From the NCBI RefSeq assembly GCF_009834535.1, contig NC_045697.1, positions 29,700,001 to 29,764,000 of the forward strand: 64,000 bases of DNA. The letters are read 5' to 3'. The notes under the pieces were generated by a model that saw nothing but the letters and a program-made list of their open reading frames with translations, ran no database searches and was not told the DNA's origin. The position numbers and the translations under genes were made by a program. This document shows positions 48,534-63,121 of this stretch, in pieces (position 1 is the first letter of the stretch; each line of letters opens with the position of its first letter). Origin of the DNA: Camelus ferus. Its lineage: Eukaryota.

Positions 48534-48745
48534 ATCCAAAAGAAACAAACAAAAATACAAACAAACAAAAAAAGGAAATGACTGTGAGAGAGGCAGCATC
48601 AGGAAAAGTGAAAACCGTGCTGGTTCCAGGTCCTCAGAGAGGCCGAATTCCTGCTTGCTGCAAAGGATCTGCCTCCATGAGTTCTTCCTAACTAAACAGA
48701 TCCTAAGGGCTGGGAGTCAGTCTCTGTTTCTCTATCTGGATTTTT

Positions 48746-49420
48746 TTAAAAACATTTTTTATTGATTTATAATCATTTTACAATGTTGTGTCAAATTCCA
48801 GTGTAGAGCACAATTTTTCAATTATACATGAACATATATATATATTCATTGTCATATTTTTTCTCTGTGAGCTACCATAAGATCTTGTATATATTTCCCT
48901 GTGCTATACAGTATAATCTTGCTTATCTATTCTACAATTTTGAAATCCCAGTCTATCTCTTCCCATCCCCCACCCCCTTGGCAACCACAAGTTTATATTC
49001 TATTTCTATGAGTCTATTTCTGTTTTGTATTTATGCTTTTTTGTTTGTTTGTTTGTTTGTTTTAGATTCCACATATGAGCGATCTCATATGGTATTTTTC
49101 TTTCTCTTTCTGGTTTACTTCACTTAGAACGACATTCTCCAGGAGCATCCATGTTGCTGCAAATAGCGTTATGTTGTCAGTTTTTATGGCTGAGTAGTAT
49201 TCCATTGTATAAATATACCACATCTTCTTTATCCAGTCACCTGTTGATGGACATTTAGGCTGTTTCCATGTCTTGGCTATTGTAAATAGTGCTGCTATGA
49301 ACATTGGGGTGCACATGTCATCCTGAAGTAGGGTTCCTTCTGGATATATGCCCAGGAGCAGGATTACTGGGTCATATGGTAAGTCTATTCCTAATCTTTT
49401 GAGGAATCTCTATACTGTTT
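48746..49420 (-). mobile_element. 5'-truncated LINE-1 3' end, closely related to the full-length copy
   Basis: Exact 13-bp TSD TATCTGGATTTTT at 48733-48745 and 49421-49433 with TT/AAAA site on the minus strand; ORF 49062..49316 is almost identical to the end of the full-length ORF2 (..[13 protein letters not shown]). Confidence 0.95.
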
Positions 49421-52029
49421 TATCTGGATTTTTAATACTCTGGGAACATGGATTCACATTCTAGGAGTTATTAGAAATCATAGGATAAACCCACATCTTC
49501 CCTTGAGTGACAAATGTGCTAGAAAATTGGGGGGAAATATTTCATATTATGCACATCTACTATGAAGTAGAATACAAAATGGGCAAAAAAATTTTAGATG
49601 AGACACACGATCTCAAAAGGCATGTGTCTCCTGGGGCAGGCAACTGCGGGCCCAAGAATTCAAGGTTCTTCTCTGTAAGGAGTAATGAGAGGGGGAAGTT
49701 TGATAAGCATCAGCAGAGGGTGGGTGATGGCTGCTTTAAACAAGAGAAGGAAGCAGCCTTTGACTCTCGGACCAGGACAAGAAAATCTGGAATTCCACAA
49801 AAACAATTTATGATATGTATTTCCATCGGTATAACTGTCCTTCCATGTGTAATGATTCACGTATGTGAGGGCTTCTTATTTGCTAAGCACTTTACATGAA
49901 GTAATCCCAGCAGCACTCTGTGAGGTGGGTGCTCCGAGCAGCCCCGTTTTACAAAGGGGAAAAGTCATGCTCAGACAGGTGAGGTAACTGCCAAGGGAAC
50001 TGGAAAATATGTGGGTATCCTCATCCACTCCACGTTCTGCGTCTTCTTCACTCCTTGTGCTCATAGAATGTAGGACATGTAAAAATAGAGAGACCCAGGA
50101 ACTTGATATGTCTAGAATAGAATGTCACTGAAGTCAAAAAGAGCTGAAACCCTGCCTGAATTAGAACATTTCATTTCCCACCTTTTACCCTAATGGTCAT
50201 TTTATACTTTTGTTCTCTTGATTTCGTATTTTTAAGCTGGATTATTTTAAACCAAAAACCTTGGCTTCTTTCTTTTACCATGCTCTATTTAATTCTCTTA
50301 ACACATATAAATTTTGCCCTGTATATTACCTCTTAGGCCTGGTATGCTACAAAAAAATAAATAATGGTAAGTTTGAAAATATGAGAGATGAGAACAAGCA
50401 GGTTTCACAAGTATAGAAGCCATAAAGAATCTCTTTGTAAAGGTAACATTTTGTTTATTTTTTCATTAAAAAGTCACCTGATCCTATGCATACTGTTCAT
50501 CTGCCTGTGAAAAAAAAGATTTAAATGCTGTTTCAGGGTCTCATAAATACTATCTCAAATTTATAACCTCAGATTTCTCAGGAGAAAGGATGAAGGTGGA
50601 CTTGTCCCTCCTGCATCAATATCATCATTTAAAAAATGGCTTAGCACTTCCTTCCTACTCTGCTGAGTCGCTGGGCATAAATCCAGGAATATGAGGCATA
50701 TGTAGCCAGACTCTAAAGACGACTTCTATTCCTTTCCAGCTTGCAGTTTTATATGTCAGTCTCATGTATCAATTAGTGTTCATATTGATATATTTCTCTG
50801 TAGTATTCCAGCCTGCATTTGTGATATGGAAGCTGCTGTCACAGTTTCTTGTATCTCCTTAAATGCTTTGCCCTGGTGGATATGGAACATTATTTTTCAC
50901 AGGTAAGTTAGCCAAGATCCTCAGAAATTTTGTGAAAACATATGGTTTCCAACATTTAAGTTTACATGCATAGACTACAATAGTTACACACAATGAAAAT
51001 CAGTTTTAAACAGATGATTTAAAACACCATGAAGGTCTTTTCCCTGCCTTTCTGACAAGGATTTAGTAGTTTCAATACCTTTTTCAGGGTATCATCTTAT
51101 GGCTTATTATGTAAACTGTTTTCTATCTTTTTAAACTTGTTTTTTATTATGTAAACAACTCCTAATCCACTCATTAAACTTTGCAGATACTAAAAAGGTG
51201 TTCAAGGTGAAACTTCCGCCATCTCTTAGATACAAAGACGTCACACAAACCTAACAGACATAATAACTGGAAACCAGCCTGTAACCATGTGGCAGTTTTA
51301 GAGAATCACAAGTCAAGCATTTTGGCTCCAATCCCATACATCACTTTGGCCGTCTAGGCCATCTACAGTATAAAGCAGTGGTAACAAGTGATGATGAAGA
51401 GCCACTGAAAATAAATACTTTGAAGAATAAAACTGAGGGGAAAAAAAAGAAAGGAAGGAAGGAGGAGAGGGAAGGAGGGGAGGGATGCAGGAGGGAGGGA
51501 CCCAAACTACAAGCGGGTCCTTTTAATCTCAGCTCAGGTGTCTTTCTAAAGAGGACAGCAGTGCAGGGGAAATCAAAGGCAGTTTCTAGGGAAATAGATT
51601 TCTTTGTTCTGACAAGTTGAAAGACACTGTGTTGAAGAAAGCTTTTGCCAAAACAGACCACATTGGATCTTCTGTCCAAGGCCATCAGCAAGGTCAAGTT
51701 AATGGCCAGCACTTCTGAAAAATGCGGTCTTAGTAAAATCTAAAAGGAGTCATGATGTTCATTCCAATAACCACATAAATAACCAAGAGGCACGTAGCAT
51801 ACTGGGTTTCTGTCCTACCTTGGCCACTTGCTGGTATTACAACTTCTGGCACTCATTTAACCATTTGGAGCTTTGCTTTGAACACACTGAGGTAACAGGC
51901 AAACATGGGGTGAAATTCCAGGTCCATCTCTTATGACTGTATGATTTTACGAAAGTTACATAACTTCTATGAATCGATTTCTTCAGCCATAAGATGTGAA
52001 TAAGACATAAAAATGTTGTTCAGAGGAAG

Positions 52030-52310
52030 CTTGACAGAAAAAAGTACATAATGTACTATTCTATTTATACAAAGCTCTAGAAAATGCACACCGGTCTACA
52101 GGGACAAAAAGTAGATCAGTGGTTGCTTGGGGAGCTGGGTGGCAGGGAGGGATGGGGCACAGGGAGACCTCTGAGGTGGTGGATCTGTGCACGATCTTGA
52201 TTTGGTGATGGTTTCACAGATGTATACATATGCCAAAACTTGTCTGTTATACATTACACATTTTAATTATTTATTGCCAATTATACCTCAATAAAGTTGT
52301 TTTTAAAAAG
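52030..52310 (+). mobile_element. L1MC/ME-type 3' end
   Basis: gtagatcagtggttgc..ggtgatggtttcaca..ttatacctcaataaagttg. Confidence 0.7.
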
Positions 52311-52689
52311 GCATGAAAGGATTAAATGAGATACTATGTGCAAAACAATTAGAGCAGCATGTAGTACAAGTAAGTGTCCAGAAATATGAGTTCCCTTCCC
52401 CACTGATGTCACAGGGGTATTTAAAATATTACTGTACTCCAGAAACACCCATCAATATCATAAACACTGAAAGCTTCCCAGAAGTTTTGTAGCTTAACAA
52501 ATATTTTCAAAGAAAAATATGGGACAATATAAAAATGTCTCTGTGACTTTTTTAGGGTATTATTTCTGTGGCTTTCTTTCAAATCTTTATTAGAAGCATA
52601 TTTCTACTGTCGGAATCATACTGCACGTAGGACTAGCATACCACTTTCCAAATCCATGTTTTAAAGCAAAATGTCTGCATGTTATTTCT

Positions 52690-53345
52690 AACAGCTGCCT
52701 TGTAACTTTATCAGTGGTAAGAATTCTGGATATATTTTGAAGATAGAGGTGCCAGGATTTGCTGACAGACTGAATTTGGGGCATGAGAGAAAGAGGACTC
52801 AGGAATGACAGCAAGGTTTCTGGCCTGAGTAATTAGACCTGCAGTGAAGTGGACATTTTCTGAGATGAGGAAGAGTGTGAAAAGGACAGAAATGGAGGGG
52901 AGGATGAGGAATTCAGTTTGGGACAAGTTAGGTATGTAGATGGGGAGTAGGCAGTTGGAGATGAATTCAGAAGTGAGGTCTGGCTGGAGATACAAATTTG
53001 GAAATCTCCAGTATGGAGTTGAGATTTAAAGCCATGACCTGGATGAGTTCTTCAAGGGCATGTGTATAAATAGAGAACAGAAGAGGTTCAACCGCTGAGT
53101 CATGGGGGCCATCTAGTGTCTAGTGTCCTGGAGTGGAGGAGGAATCAGTAAAGGTGACAGAAGAGGGGTGTCAGTGAGGAAAGAGGAAATTCCAGAAGAG
53201 CTGGCTGTCCAAAATGTTGATAGGAGAGAATGCTGCTGGTCGTTCAAGAGGAGGGCAAAAAGTTACTCTGGAAGTAAGGAGTGCCTAGATCAAGGGCCAT
53301 TTTGGTGGATGCTGTAAGCAAAACTATTATTGGAATGGATTCAAA
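52690..53345. mobile_element. LINE-2 fragment
   Basis: gattctggatatattttgaagatagag..caggatttgctga..aggtttctggcctgag..ggctggagatacaaatttgg..tttaaagccatga. Confidence 0.75.
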
Positions 53346-53355
53346 AGGTTATGGT

Positions 53356-53527
53356 AAACAAAGATTTCTCCAAGGAAGATATGGCCAATAAGCACATGAA
53401 AAGATGTTCAATGTTAGTAGCCCTTAACGAAAGACAAATCAAAATGACAATTAGATACCACCTCATATCCATGAGGCTGACTACAATCAAAAGGAAAATA
53501 AGTGTTGGTGAAGACATGGAGAATTGC
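53356..53527 (+). mobile_element. L1 ORF2 C-terminal fragment
   Basis: Peptide FSKEDMANKHMKRCS..QIKMTIRYHL..VGEDME in ORF 53330..53587. Confidence 0.75.
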
Positions 53528-54520
53528 TTTTGTGAGAGGGTAAATTTTGGGGGCCCTTACACTGTCATTTCCCCTAAAGTCAGCTAGCATTCCCTCTTAT
53601 ACCTTCTCAGGAATAGTTTATGTAAGAATAGAATGATCTGTTCCTTGAATGTTTGGTAAGACCAGAAAAGCATTTAAGTCTGGGTATCGCTTCATGGAAA
53701 GATTTTAAATTACTGCTTTATTTTGTTTCACGATGCAGGCTTTCTGGGGTTTTTTCCTAGGTATTTGAAAGCTTCCCCTAGGTTTTGAAATTTATTGGCC
53801 TAAAACTGTCTTTTAAATCTATAACATATATGTGATTGTACTCCCATTTTACATCCTTAATATTGTCTATTTATGTATTATCTCTTTCCCCCTAAATCTT
53901 GCCAGATGACTATTTTATTAATCTTTTTCAAAAAAGCAACTTTTGTTTGTTGATCATTTCTATTGCATTTTACTATATCATCTATTTCTGCTCATTATTA
54001 TCTACTTTCTTCTACTTGCTTTGGGTTTATTTTGTTTTTATTCTTTTTCTAACTTCTTAAATTGGATGCTTAGCTCAATTTCCACATTTCTTCTTTTCTA
54101 ATATAAGCATTTATGAGTTTCCCTGAAATACTACTTTCATTGCATCTCATAAATTTTGATATTTATACTTTTATTATTGCTTAGTTCTAAATATTTCCAA
54201 ATATCAATTATGACTTTGACCCATGATTTACTAAAGAGTGTGCATTTTAATTTCCAAAGTTAATTTTAAAAGTCTCACTTGTCATTTTATTATTGGTGTC
54301 TGAATTGCATTGCAGTTAGAAAACATGGTCTGCATAATACTGATTCTGCAAAATTTGTTGAGTCATGCTTTATGACTAGGCACTTAATCAGTTTGCGAAT
54401 GCTCCCTGAATTCTTGAGAAGAATGCACATTTTAAAATTGCTGGGTACAGAATTTTATGTATGTCCGTTAGACTAAGACTATTTATCGTGGTATTCAATT
54501 TTGTTTTTTAACCTTTTATA

Positions 54521-54545
54521 TGTCGGGATCTCTGCCAGCTGCTGT

Positions 54546-54584
<39 letters not shown>

Positions 54585-55170
54585 GCTAGGTATCAGAGTA
54601 GCTAATTAAAACAACAAACCAAAAATGAAAGAGCTGAGCCTTTAATCACGTAACGCTTTGGTACAAACAAGTGGCTAAACTGGAGAAAGTGCAGACCCCT
54701 CCCGGTCTGCTTTCCCCCAGGGAACTGTGTGCTGGTACAGATCAGGAGGACCAGTGCACAAGTGGGGATCATCTCTTCAATGAGGGGGCCCTGGAACAAA
54801 AGACTCCAGGAGTTTTATGGACCTTGGGGTGGAGTGAGGGCAGAGGGGAAGGGTGAGATGTGAAAAAGTACTGAGTAAGCCTGGGCAAAGGTGCCTTGGA
54901 GGGTTCCCCTCTGCTCCCAGTAAGTTAGAGGCCTCGGCCAGGCACTTGAAGGCTCAGATAAAGAGACCTAGAAATAAAGGCCCTGGGAGTAGGAATGCAA
55001 GTAAACAAAAGAGCATGACTCATGTCCTGAGACTTTGAGTGCAGTTCCCCTCAAAGGCTGCGGCGGTGCACTGGCTGCATCCCAAATCTGGTATGGATGG
55101 GCATCTTTCCCCAGGAGGCCGGCCAGGTAAAGCCTTCATAACTGCCTATGGTCAGGTCTGAAAATCCACA
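54521..55170 (-). mobile_element. Probable solo LTR inserted in old L1
   Basis: 650-bp GC-richer block bounded by TGT...ACA, flanked by tata/taca, interrupting AT-rich antisense L1M sequence; minus-strand ATTAAA and CATAAAA motifs; contains (GA)n. Confidence 0.55.
54548..54582. repeat. (GA)n microsatellite, about 17 units
   Basis: Read directly. Confidence 0.93.
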
Positions 55171-56989
55171 TACAGGTTTTAACCAGGTACCACACTCCTC
55201 ACTATATTGTCAGTTTGACTTATAAATAATTGAGAAAGGTGGGTTCATGGTAATGGTGGATTTAACTGTTTTCTTCTGCAGTCCTATCAAATTTTGTTTG
55301 ACACATTTGAGCCTACGTTGTTAGGAGCATGCAATTTTAGAATTGTATCTTCCTGGTGAATGAAGCCCTTTATCTCTAATTATGCTTTTGCTTCACAATT
55401 ATGCTGATAGTAATGTAGTTATACTAGGTTTCTTTGGTTAATATTTTTACTGGAAAGCTTTTTCCTTCCCTTTTAATTTTGACCTTGCCATATCCTTATG
55501 CTTTAGGCATGTTTCTTAAAAATAGCACATATCTAGGTTTTAAAAATCTAATTTGATAAAACATCTAAGTTTAGTCCATTTACATTTAATATGATTTTAA
55601 AATTTGGAATTTTTTCTGCTTTTTTCTATCTTACCTTGTTATTCCCATTTTCCTGGGAATGTCCTAGATTTTCTGTGTTTTTCTCCCCTCTCTTATCTTG
55701 CCCTTTTGGGGATTTGTATGTTTTTGTTTTTGTTTTTTTTCTTTTCCTATTTATCTCTAATTGTTTGGATTTATATGCTTCTATTCTTTTATTTATTAAT
55801 TTTCCTTGAGATGGTACCATGACTACATAACTTATCAAAGCCTAAAGTAAAATAATTTCTTAACCTCTGCCAGAACAGTAAAAGATCTTTGAATATTTCC
55901 ACTCTCCTCACACTTTCTCACACATATATATGATGCAGAATAGCATTTAGTGCTATCCTTTTTATTAATACCATAAGCTAGATATTATTCTCATACAGAA
56001 ATACTATTTATTTGGATTGACATACATGCTTCCACTGAATATTATTTTAATCCCTTTTCTCAGATCATCTACTGGATCATTTTCCTTCTCCAATTACATC
56101 CTTTAGAATTTCCTTTTTACAGGTCTCTGAGTAGTAAACTCAGCTTACGTTTATATGTAATTTTTTTCACCTTTGTTTTTGAAAGATAGTTTTGCTGAAT
56201 ATGAAGTTCAAGGATGACAGTTAATTCTTTCAACACTTTGGGGGTGTCATTTCACTGTCTCTCGGCTTCCTCGGTTGCTGTTGAGGAGACTGGTACCATT
56301 TTCACTTATGCTTTCTTTGTGGCTGATTCTAAAATCTTTCTTTGTTCTCAGTGTTCCGCAGTTTCGCTACTTATATCTAAGCATGAATTTCTTTCTTTAT
56401 TTTTCTTTTTTGGAATACAATGTGTTTCTTTAATTTGTCCAGTTTGAGATACAATATGGATTTCTTTTTATTTTTCCTTCTTGAGATACAATGTGCTTCT
56501 CACTCTTCTTAATGATCCGAGTCCTCTTACTGAGATAAGCACTAGGCTCAGTCCTGGCCAGTATTCACAAGGGCCATTTTCAAGGAATAGGGGCTGCTGG
56601 TGAAAGTTTGGGAGCTGATAAAAAAAAAAAAAAAGCAAACAGGGTATCTACTTCTGGCATTATGGCTGACCCAGTGCTGTAAGGGGCTCTTCCACGGAAG
56701 GTCTAAATACACTGCATGGGACATGCTGTTTGAAATACTGCTGGTCTCACAAGAGGCAAAGGAGTTCTCCAAGGACATCCTCCCTTCCTCCTGCTTCCTC
56801 CGAAGTACCCTCCCCACCAAAAAGAAAATGATTTGAGCTGAGGTCTTAGAAGGCAGTATGGAGCTGAGGCTGGAACAGTGGACAGCTGGGTTAGAAAGAA
56901 GAGGAGAGTAAATTTTGGTAGCAATAGAGTTGGCTACAAAAATGGCCAAGTACCAGAAGGAATATGTGGAGAAATGAAACAGTAAATTT

Positions 56990-57120
56990 TTTTAAAAATT
57001 TATTTATTTTAGGGGAAGGCAATTAGGTTTACTTTTTTTAAAGGAGGTACTGGGGATTGAACCCAGGACCTTGTGTAGGCTAAGCATGCACTCTACCATT
57101 TGAGCTATACCCTCCCCACC
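56990..57120 (-). mobile_element. tRNA-derived SINE (camelid Vic-1-like)
   Basis: Reverse complement of the same family; TSD aaac(a/t)gtaaattt at 56977-56989 and 57121-57133. Confidence 0.88.
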
Positions 57121-59611
57121 AAACTGTAAATTTCTTAGGGTAGTGGATTTATGTATGGGTTGAGGTTTGGTTTTTGTTTTTTGTTTTTTAATTGCTTTAT
57201 GTTCTTAGGCCATTGAAGCTAAATGTCCAGGTAAGACCAAGACACTAGACATCTATAAATTGATTTATTCATTCAAAGGATTCTGAAAAAGTGCTTGGTT
57301 AGGCCTTATAACTCAGCAGTGTTCTCAGGAAGACATTTCTTCCTGGTATATAGATTTAATTTTTTTCTGCTTATCATATTCTTCATAACCTCCTGGTAAA
57401 AGGATACATGTAACAAACTCTGAAGCATCCTTCACAAAAGAATTTTAACTGATAAACTGTATTATATCTTAGTCACATCAAACAGGCCTAGTGACTAAAA
57501 TTAAAGAATTAGAAATTAAACTAGACTTAACCCAAACTTTTATATGATTTGATCTATATATCTTTTATTTTCTGCTGCTCAAGGTCCTTCCCCACTAGGC
57601 TAGAATTGGGAGAAATCTTAGCGTCCATGTAATCCTCATTTTATTGTTGAGGAAACTGGGATGCAAAGAAGTTAATTAACCTGCCTGTGTTCACACTTTG
57701 GGTGGCTGATCTAGGCCCACCAAAGCCCTCTCACTTCCACAATAGTAGTGAGTGAGTGATAACAGGGAGGATCTCTCTTTCCCTGGTCCTGAGCACGCCT
57801 CTCATTATCTCCCACCAGTTGTGTCATGTTCTCCCATGTCCTCCAGCCCTTTCTCTATACCTTAGCAACATAAGGCATTTATCTTTCACTGTGGACAGTG
57901 CATGCTGCTAGCTGTGCTGAACACAAGTTGATAGAGAAAAGCTTGATCAAAAAGAATCAGTATTCCCTTGTGTCTAAGATGTACATGCTTTTCATGTTTA
58001 AATATTTTGAAAAGAGAGATGTCTTACAACTGATAAATATATTTGATGCTCTGGATTCCCCGCCTCCCCACCCCACCCCCCCAAAAAAGAAATGGCTCTT
58101 AAATGGATGATTTATCTTGAAACTGATGACATTTAAAAGCTCAGGAAGCATAGTCTATGCTTTATATCTGTCATCTGTCAACCTCACCCTCAATCCAGGT
58201 AAGCCTAGTATAGTGCCTGGCATATAGTAGGTACTCAAAAAAAATTTTTGTTGAATGAATATATGACTGTATGAATATATAATTATATATATATATATAA
58301 ATAATTCAATGAGGACATGCATTCTCCTCCTTCACATTTATCTTTCTTCCTTCAGATATACTTGTGAATACCAGTTAATGAACTGCTTTTAGGAAATAGG
58401 AGAAAATTGACTTTACCATGGGAACTAAGTGTGGTAAATTCTTTGCATTGTATATAATTATTATTGTGTTATTTTTAAGTTTAAAATATCTGGATCTCAG
58501 AACCTTGCTTCTGGGAAAATATTTTTGGTAGAAGAATTGCCAAGTAAGTTAAAAAAGTGTTGAGTAAGTACTCTGTCAGTAATGTATGTGCTAATTATGA
58601 ATTCAAACTCAACTCTTGGACCTCAAAGTGAGCCATGCTTTTCAGAGTTGGGTGATCTGCTCTGGCCCTGGACATTGTGGAAGTCATTTAAGTTCTTTCT
58701 TCTCAGTGGCTGATCTTAATATTTATTTCCGGTGGTAATGACTAAGGCTGTAAGGCTGGACCTTACATGGAAGTAGGCAGGAGAGTTGAACATGGATGAG
58801 TTTTTAAATCAAATAAAGTTGGGATGAAACCTGGACTCAGACACTAAGTATCTGTGTGAGCTTTAGCAATTTAAACAGCCTCTCTGAGGCCTCAATTATC
58901 TGCAAAATCAAGGTAGAAATAGGGGGATCAGAGATCAGTATGAGGTTTCAGTGGGGATGGCAAATACAAAGTCCTTTGAATAACAAAAAGAGCTAGTGCT
59001 CTTTCCTGCCTCAGCTCCCTCCCTGGGTAACTTTTTTGACTTCAGGCAGAAATACCCACTTCTCAAAATATTTGAGGAGCATTACATCAGTGCTTGAGTA
59101 TCTTGCCTTCATAAATACACTGTATACTCTACCCCTTCAATTAGTAAGAGTCTTTTGTCATTAAAGTTTTCCTATCTTTGAGCTCTGTGAATGACTCCTA
59201 TGACTTTGGCAGTATCTTTGTAGACCAATAATACACTTTGCTTAGTATACCTTAGATTTGCCCAAAGATTTAACATCTGTGAAATCACAAATCTGTTGTT
59301 CTAATGACATACACATACAAGAACATACAGTTTTTATTATGTGCATTAAAACAAATAATGATTACAAGTTTGTGATTCATCTAAAATCATCTCACGTACT
59401 ACTACTGGTATGCCTGCAGTATACCAACACAGGAATCCCAGCCCACCCAAGTAGCACGGGATTTAATACAGGGAATTAGATGCTTTCAAAACCACTGGCA
59501 GTGCTGGAGGACTAACCCCGGGGCTGAGCCTTCAGGATCACCTTCCATAACACTGTAGAACTGATCTACCAAGGATATTTGAATATCTATCTCATTAGTC
59601 ATCAGAATCAG

Positions 59612-59828
59612 AAGATACTAACTACTATGTATAAAACAGATAAACAAAAAGTTTCTACTGTATAGCACAGGGAACTATATGCAACACCTTGTAATGACCT
59701 ATAATGAAAAAGAATATGAAAATGAATATACATATATATGTATAAATGAATCACTGTGCTGTACACCAGAAATGAACACATTGTAAATTGACTATACTTC
59801 AATAAAAAAAGAGTGCAAAAAAAAAAAA
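59612..59828 (+). mobile_element. Artiodactyl L1 3'UTR fragment with A tail
   Basis: ataaaacagataaacaa..ctactgtatagcacagggaactat..gactatacttcaataaaaaaa, similar to 44700-44889. Confidence 0.82.
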
Positions 59829-61519
59829 TCAGCAGAAGGTTGGCTTTTAAAGGGTCCATCTCAAACATTCATTATTGCTAGAAAAATAACACATGATATA
59901 AAAATCCTACTCCTGGTGAATCAGAAATGGCTTCTTTATTTATGAAGGACAACTTATCCACTCATTGATTTTCTTTTTCCTCCTATAACAGGTCTATGTG
60001 ATGTTTACCTTGCATGTTTAATTGATTTTTAAAAAAGTTTTTCCTTGTGATTTTTGTGTATTCATTTTTAATGATTATAAACAAAATGCTGTGACTTGTT
60101 TTTCACTTGATATTTTTCCATATTATTACATACTTTTGCAACCACAGAATCAAGAAAAAAGTGACTGCAAAGACCAACAGTACTATAATTGATGTGCAGA
60201 GCTTCACACATATCCCTATCATAATTTTTAACAGCTTTGTTAAGATACACTCACCCATTTGAAGTTTTTTGGTATATTCATAGAAGTGTACAACCATCAC
60301 CAAAATCTCTATTAAATTTCATCATTTTACTTTTAACTCATTTTCCTGAATCTCATAATTCTGCCATTTAAATTGCTTATTCTTGCTTGCATGCGTGCAC
60401 CCTGTCTCTCTGCTCCAATAAAACTGCACAAGACAGGGTTAAAACTGCTGCCAGGTGGCTGCAGGTTGAGATTACTCCATTCAGCAGTACTTTTTTTTTT
60501 TAAAGGTAGAATAATGTAAATAAGTTATAAAACCACCTTAACTGTAATATCAATTGACACCAACTCAGGCAGCATGAAGAAAGAATAAAACGAGAACTGT
60601 TCTGCCTGTCCATCTAGCTGGTAACCCCAAAAGAAAAGGAGATAAGTTTTGGCAGACATAACTTGCTCTAAATGCAACCATTTTATTTTTCCTAAGAGTT
60701 CAGTCCTAAAATTTGGCAATGACTGATATCAAATCTCCTGGCCTACAGTTTCAGCAATACATTCTCCACTCCCCAACTTAAAAAAAAAAGATCAAGATAC
60801 AGTTTGTGCATGTCTAGTCTCTGGCATCTTCTTGTAAGCAGTGAGCTGTTTTATTTATTGCTCTGATGCTTCCTAGCACAGTAGGCCTTCAATATACGTA
60901 TTTGTTGAGTGAATAAATGACTAACTTTAACAAAGATTTCTCAAAGTGTCATCACTACTTCTCTTACTATTTACTTTCATAATAACTGTCACCTGCTAAC
61001 TTCTACGGGTCCAACAGGCCTAATCTTAAATGGCACTTCCTTTGGGAAGCCCTCCTGATTCCCTACGTAGACTAGCTCCTGAGCTCTACTCCCTCTCACA
61101 CCACTCATTACTGATAAGAGCTCCATGAGGGAAGTTACTTTGCTCACCTTTGTAACCCCATCACATAGTAGGTGCTTAATCAGCATTTGTTGAAAAAATG
61201 AAGTAAACTGGGCTTAATTTGTCTGTCTAAAGGCAAGAACTCATTCCATGTAGCCAAGTATTCTTATACTACTATTGACCCATCATGACTTTCAAGTGTT
61301 CTTTTTTTTAAAAGAAACAACTTTACTGAGGCATAATTTACGTACCATAAAATTCACCCATTAAGTTCTTACCTACGTCTTTCCTCTCTCATTTTCCATG
61401 TGAAGGTCATTTTTCTGATGGTAAAATGGGGAGCAAATTGAAGAATGTAGTGGAATTTTGGATAGAGAATGGGCTCTTTGAGGCCAATTTAGCTGGCTTT
61501 ACTTCTCAGTTTTACTTTT

Positions 61520-61650
61520 TGTTTGTTTGGGGGGGAGGTAATTAGGTTTATTTATTATTTATTTTTATTTAACTGGCGGTACTGGGGATTGAACCCATGA
61601 CACTTCGTGCATACTAAGCATGCCCTCTACCATTGACCTATACCCTCCAC
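61520..61650 (-). mobile_element. tRNA-derived SINE (camelid Vic-1-like), 1.3 kb upstream of the UCHL1 ATG
   Basis: Reverse complement of the same family; exact 15-bp TSD CTCAGTTTTACTTTT at 61505-61519 and 61651-61665. Confidence 0.9.
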
Positions 61651-62972
61651 CTCAGTTTTACTTTTCAATTGTGATCTTAAAGCAAATTAACCTCTTTAAG
61701 CCATGAATTCTGAGCTGTAAATCTGAAGAATTTCTTCATTGGATCCTCTAAGGGTTAAATGAGATGACATGCAGAAAAATCTGATCCACTGTAGAGGTAA
61801 CAACTCAAAACAAGCAGAACCCCTCCCTTCCCTCTGTCGTCTGTTAACCTTGGATCCCCTAAATGGTAGGTCAATTCTTTCACATCATCATTGTTTTGTT
61901 CGGAGCATATGTGAAAAAATACTCAACCTTCTTGCTTCCTTAGTATCCAGCAAGCCCCACTTCACTCTAAGGTTTAGCTTTCCTGCACTATTCTTACAGA
62001 TTTTGCTCCACTTTTTAGTCATTCTTAGGCATACGCTATTTGTCTTCACCTTTTGAATATGCTGGCAGAAAAACCCCAAATCCCACCTGAGATCGTCAGA
62101 GAACAGCGACTTCTTTGGTTGCCATTTCCTTTCTTCTTCACTGAGAGCGTTCTCCTGTGCTTAAAATTTTGTTTTTCAAAGCCTTCCATTCTTTTAAAAA
62201 AATGCTTTTCCTTTTACAGCCTCTTGTCTTGAAATTTTACGTGTCTTTTCCCTGGACCTGTTTCCTAAAGTCTCTGACAGCCTGCCTTCTCTGTGTGTTG
62301 TATTACAGTCACATCCCCCAGGTCTCCACCGTTTCCCCAAGACCAACCAGTTCTTCCCTGGGAGTCACATTACATCAGCATTACTAATAGAATATCTGCT
62401 ATATTTCAGACTATGTTTTATTCTAGGCAGTCAATTAAAAACGAACCTCGGCGCTGGTTTGATTTAACATGGAGGATGAATTGTCTAAGGTCAAATGCAA
62501 ACTGCTGCTGGACTGGGGAGACATATATTTATATTCGTATTAAATATATACCTGTTGAATTTGGGATTTTTCTCCATGCTTCACAGACCCCCTAAGCTTT
62601 CGGGTAATTAGGACGGTCCAAAGCGTGGGTTTCCAGAAACTTCGCAAAAAATTAGACTCCATCAAAAGGACTGCTCCACACATTCAGGGAACACCCACCA
62701 ACAAAACCCATCTCCACAACCGCCAGATTATCTCACCAGCAAGTGAGACTGCAAGGTTTGGGGGCTTGGCTGTACCACTCCGCGCGGCGCATGGGGGGGT
62801 TCGTGCCCATTTGGCTGCGACTGACCGTTTCCCCTCGCTTGGTTTTGCCCCTGCTCCCCCCGCGCAGGCACCCACAGTGCGTCAGGCCGGCGCTTTATAG
62901 TGGCAGACTGGGCGGCTCCGTTCGCTGTTTTTCCTCTTCTCTGGGTCGTGTCTCCTTTCAAGGTTCGCGAAG

Positions 62973-63005
62973 ATGCAGCTTAAACCAATGGAGATTAACC
63001 CCGAG
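62973..63005 (+). CDS. UCHL1: UCHL1 coding exon 1 (MQLKPMEINPE)
   Basis: ATG in good context (gcgaagATGc) translates to the recognisable UCH-L1 N-terminus MQLKPMEINPE; followed by donor GAG|gtgagc at 63006. Confidence 0.97.
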
Positions 63006-63121
63006 GTGAGCGTCAGGTGCATCGTTATCTGGGGAGCGTGGGGCCGAGGGTCAGCTTCCTTCAGGTAGCTGTATCGCGGAGTGGTTTTATTTTTGTATTT
63101 TTCTTTGCATTTGCCTTTCAG

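Larger units (their letters stand above)
53590..56450 (-). mobile_element. Ancient L1M fragments, interrupted by the LTR at 54521-55170
   Basis: T-rich antisense L1 segments: ttccttgaatgtttggta, tttttcaaaaaagcaactttt, ttgcatctcataaattttga, ttgaaagatagttttgctg. Confidence 0.7.
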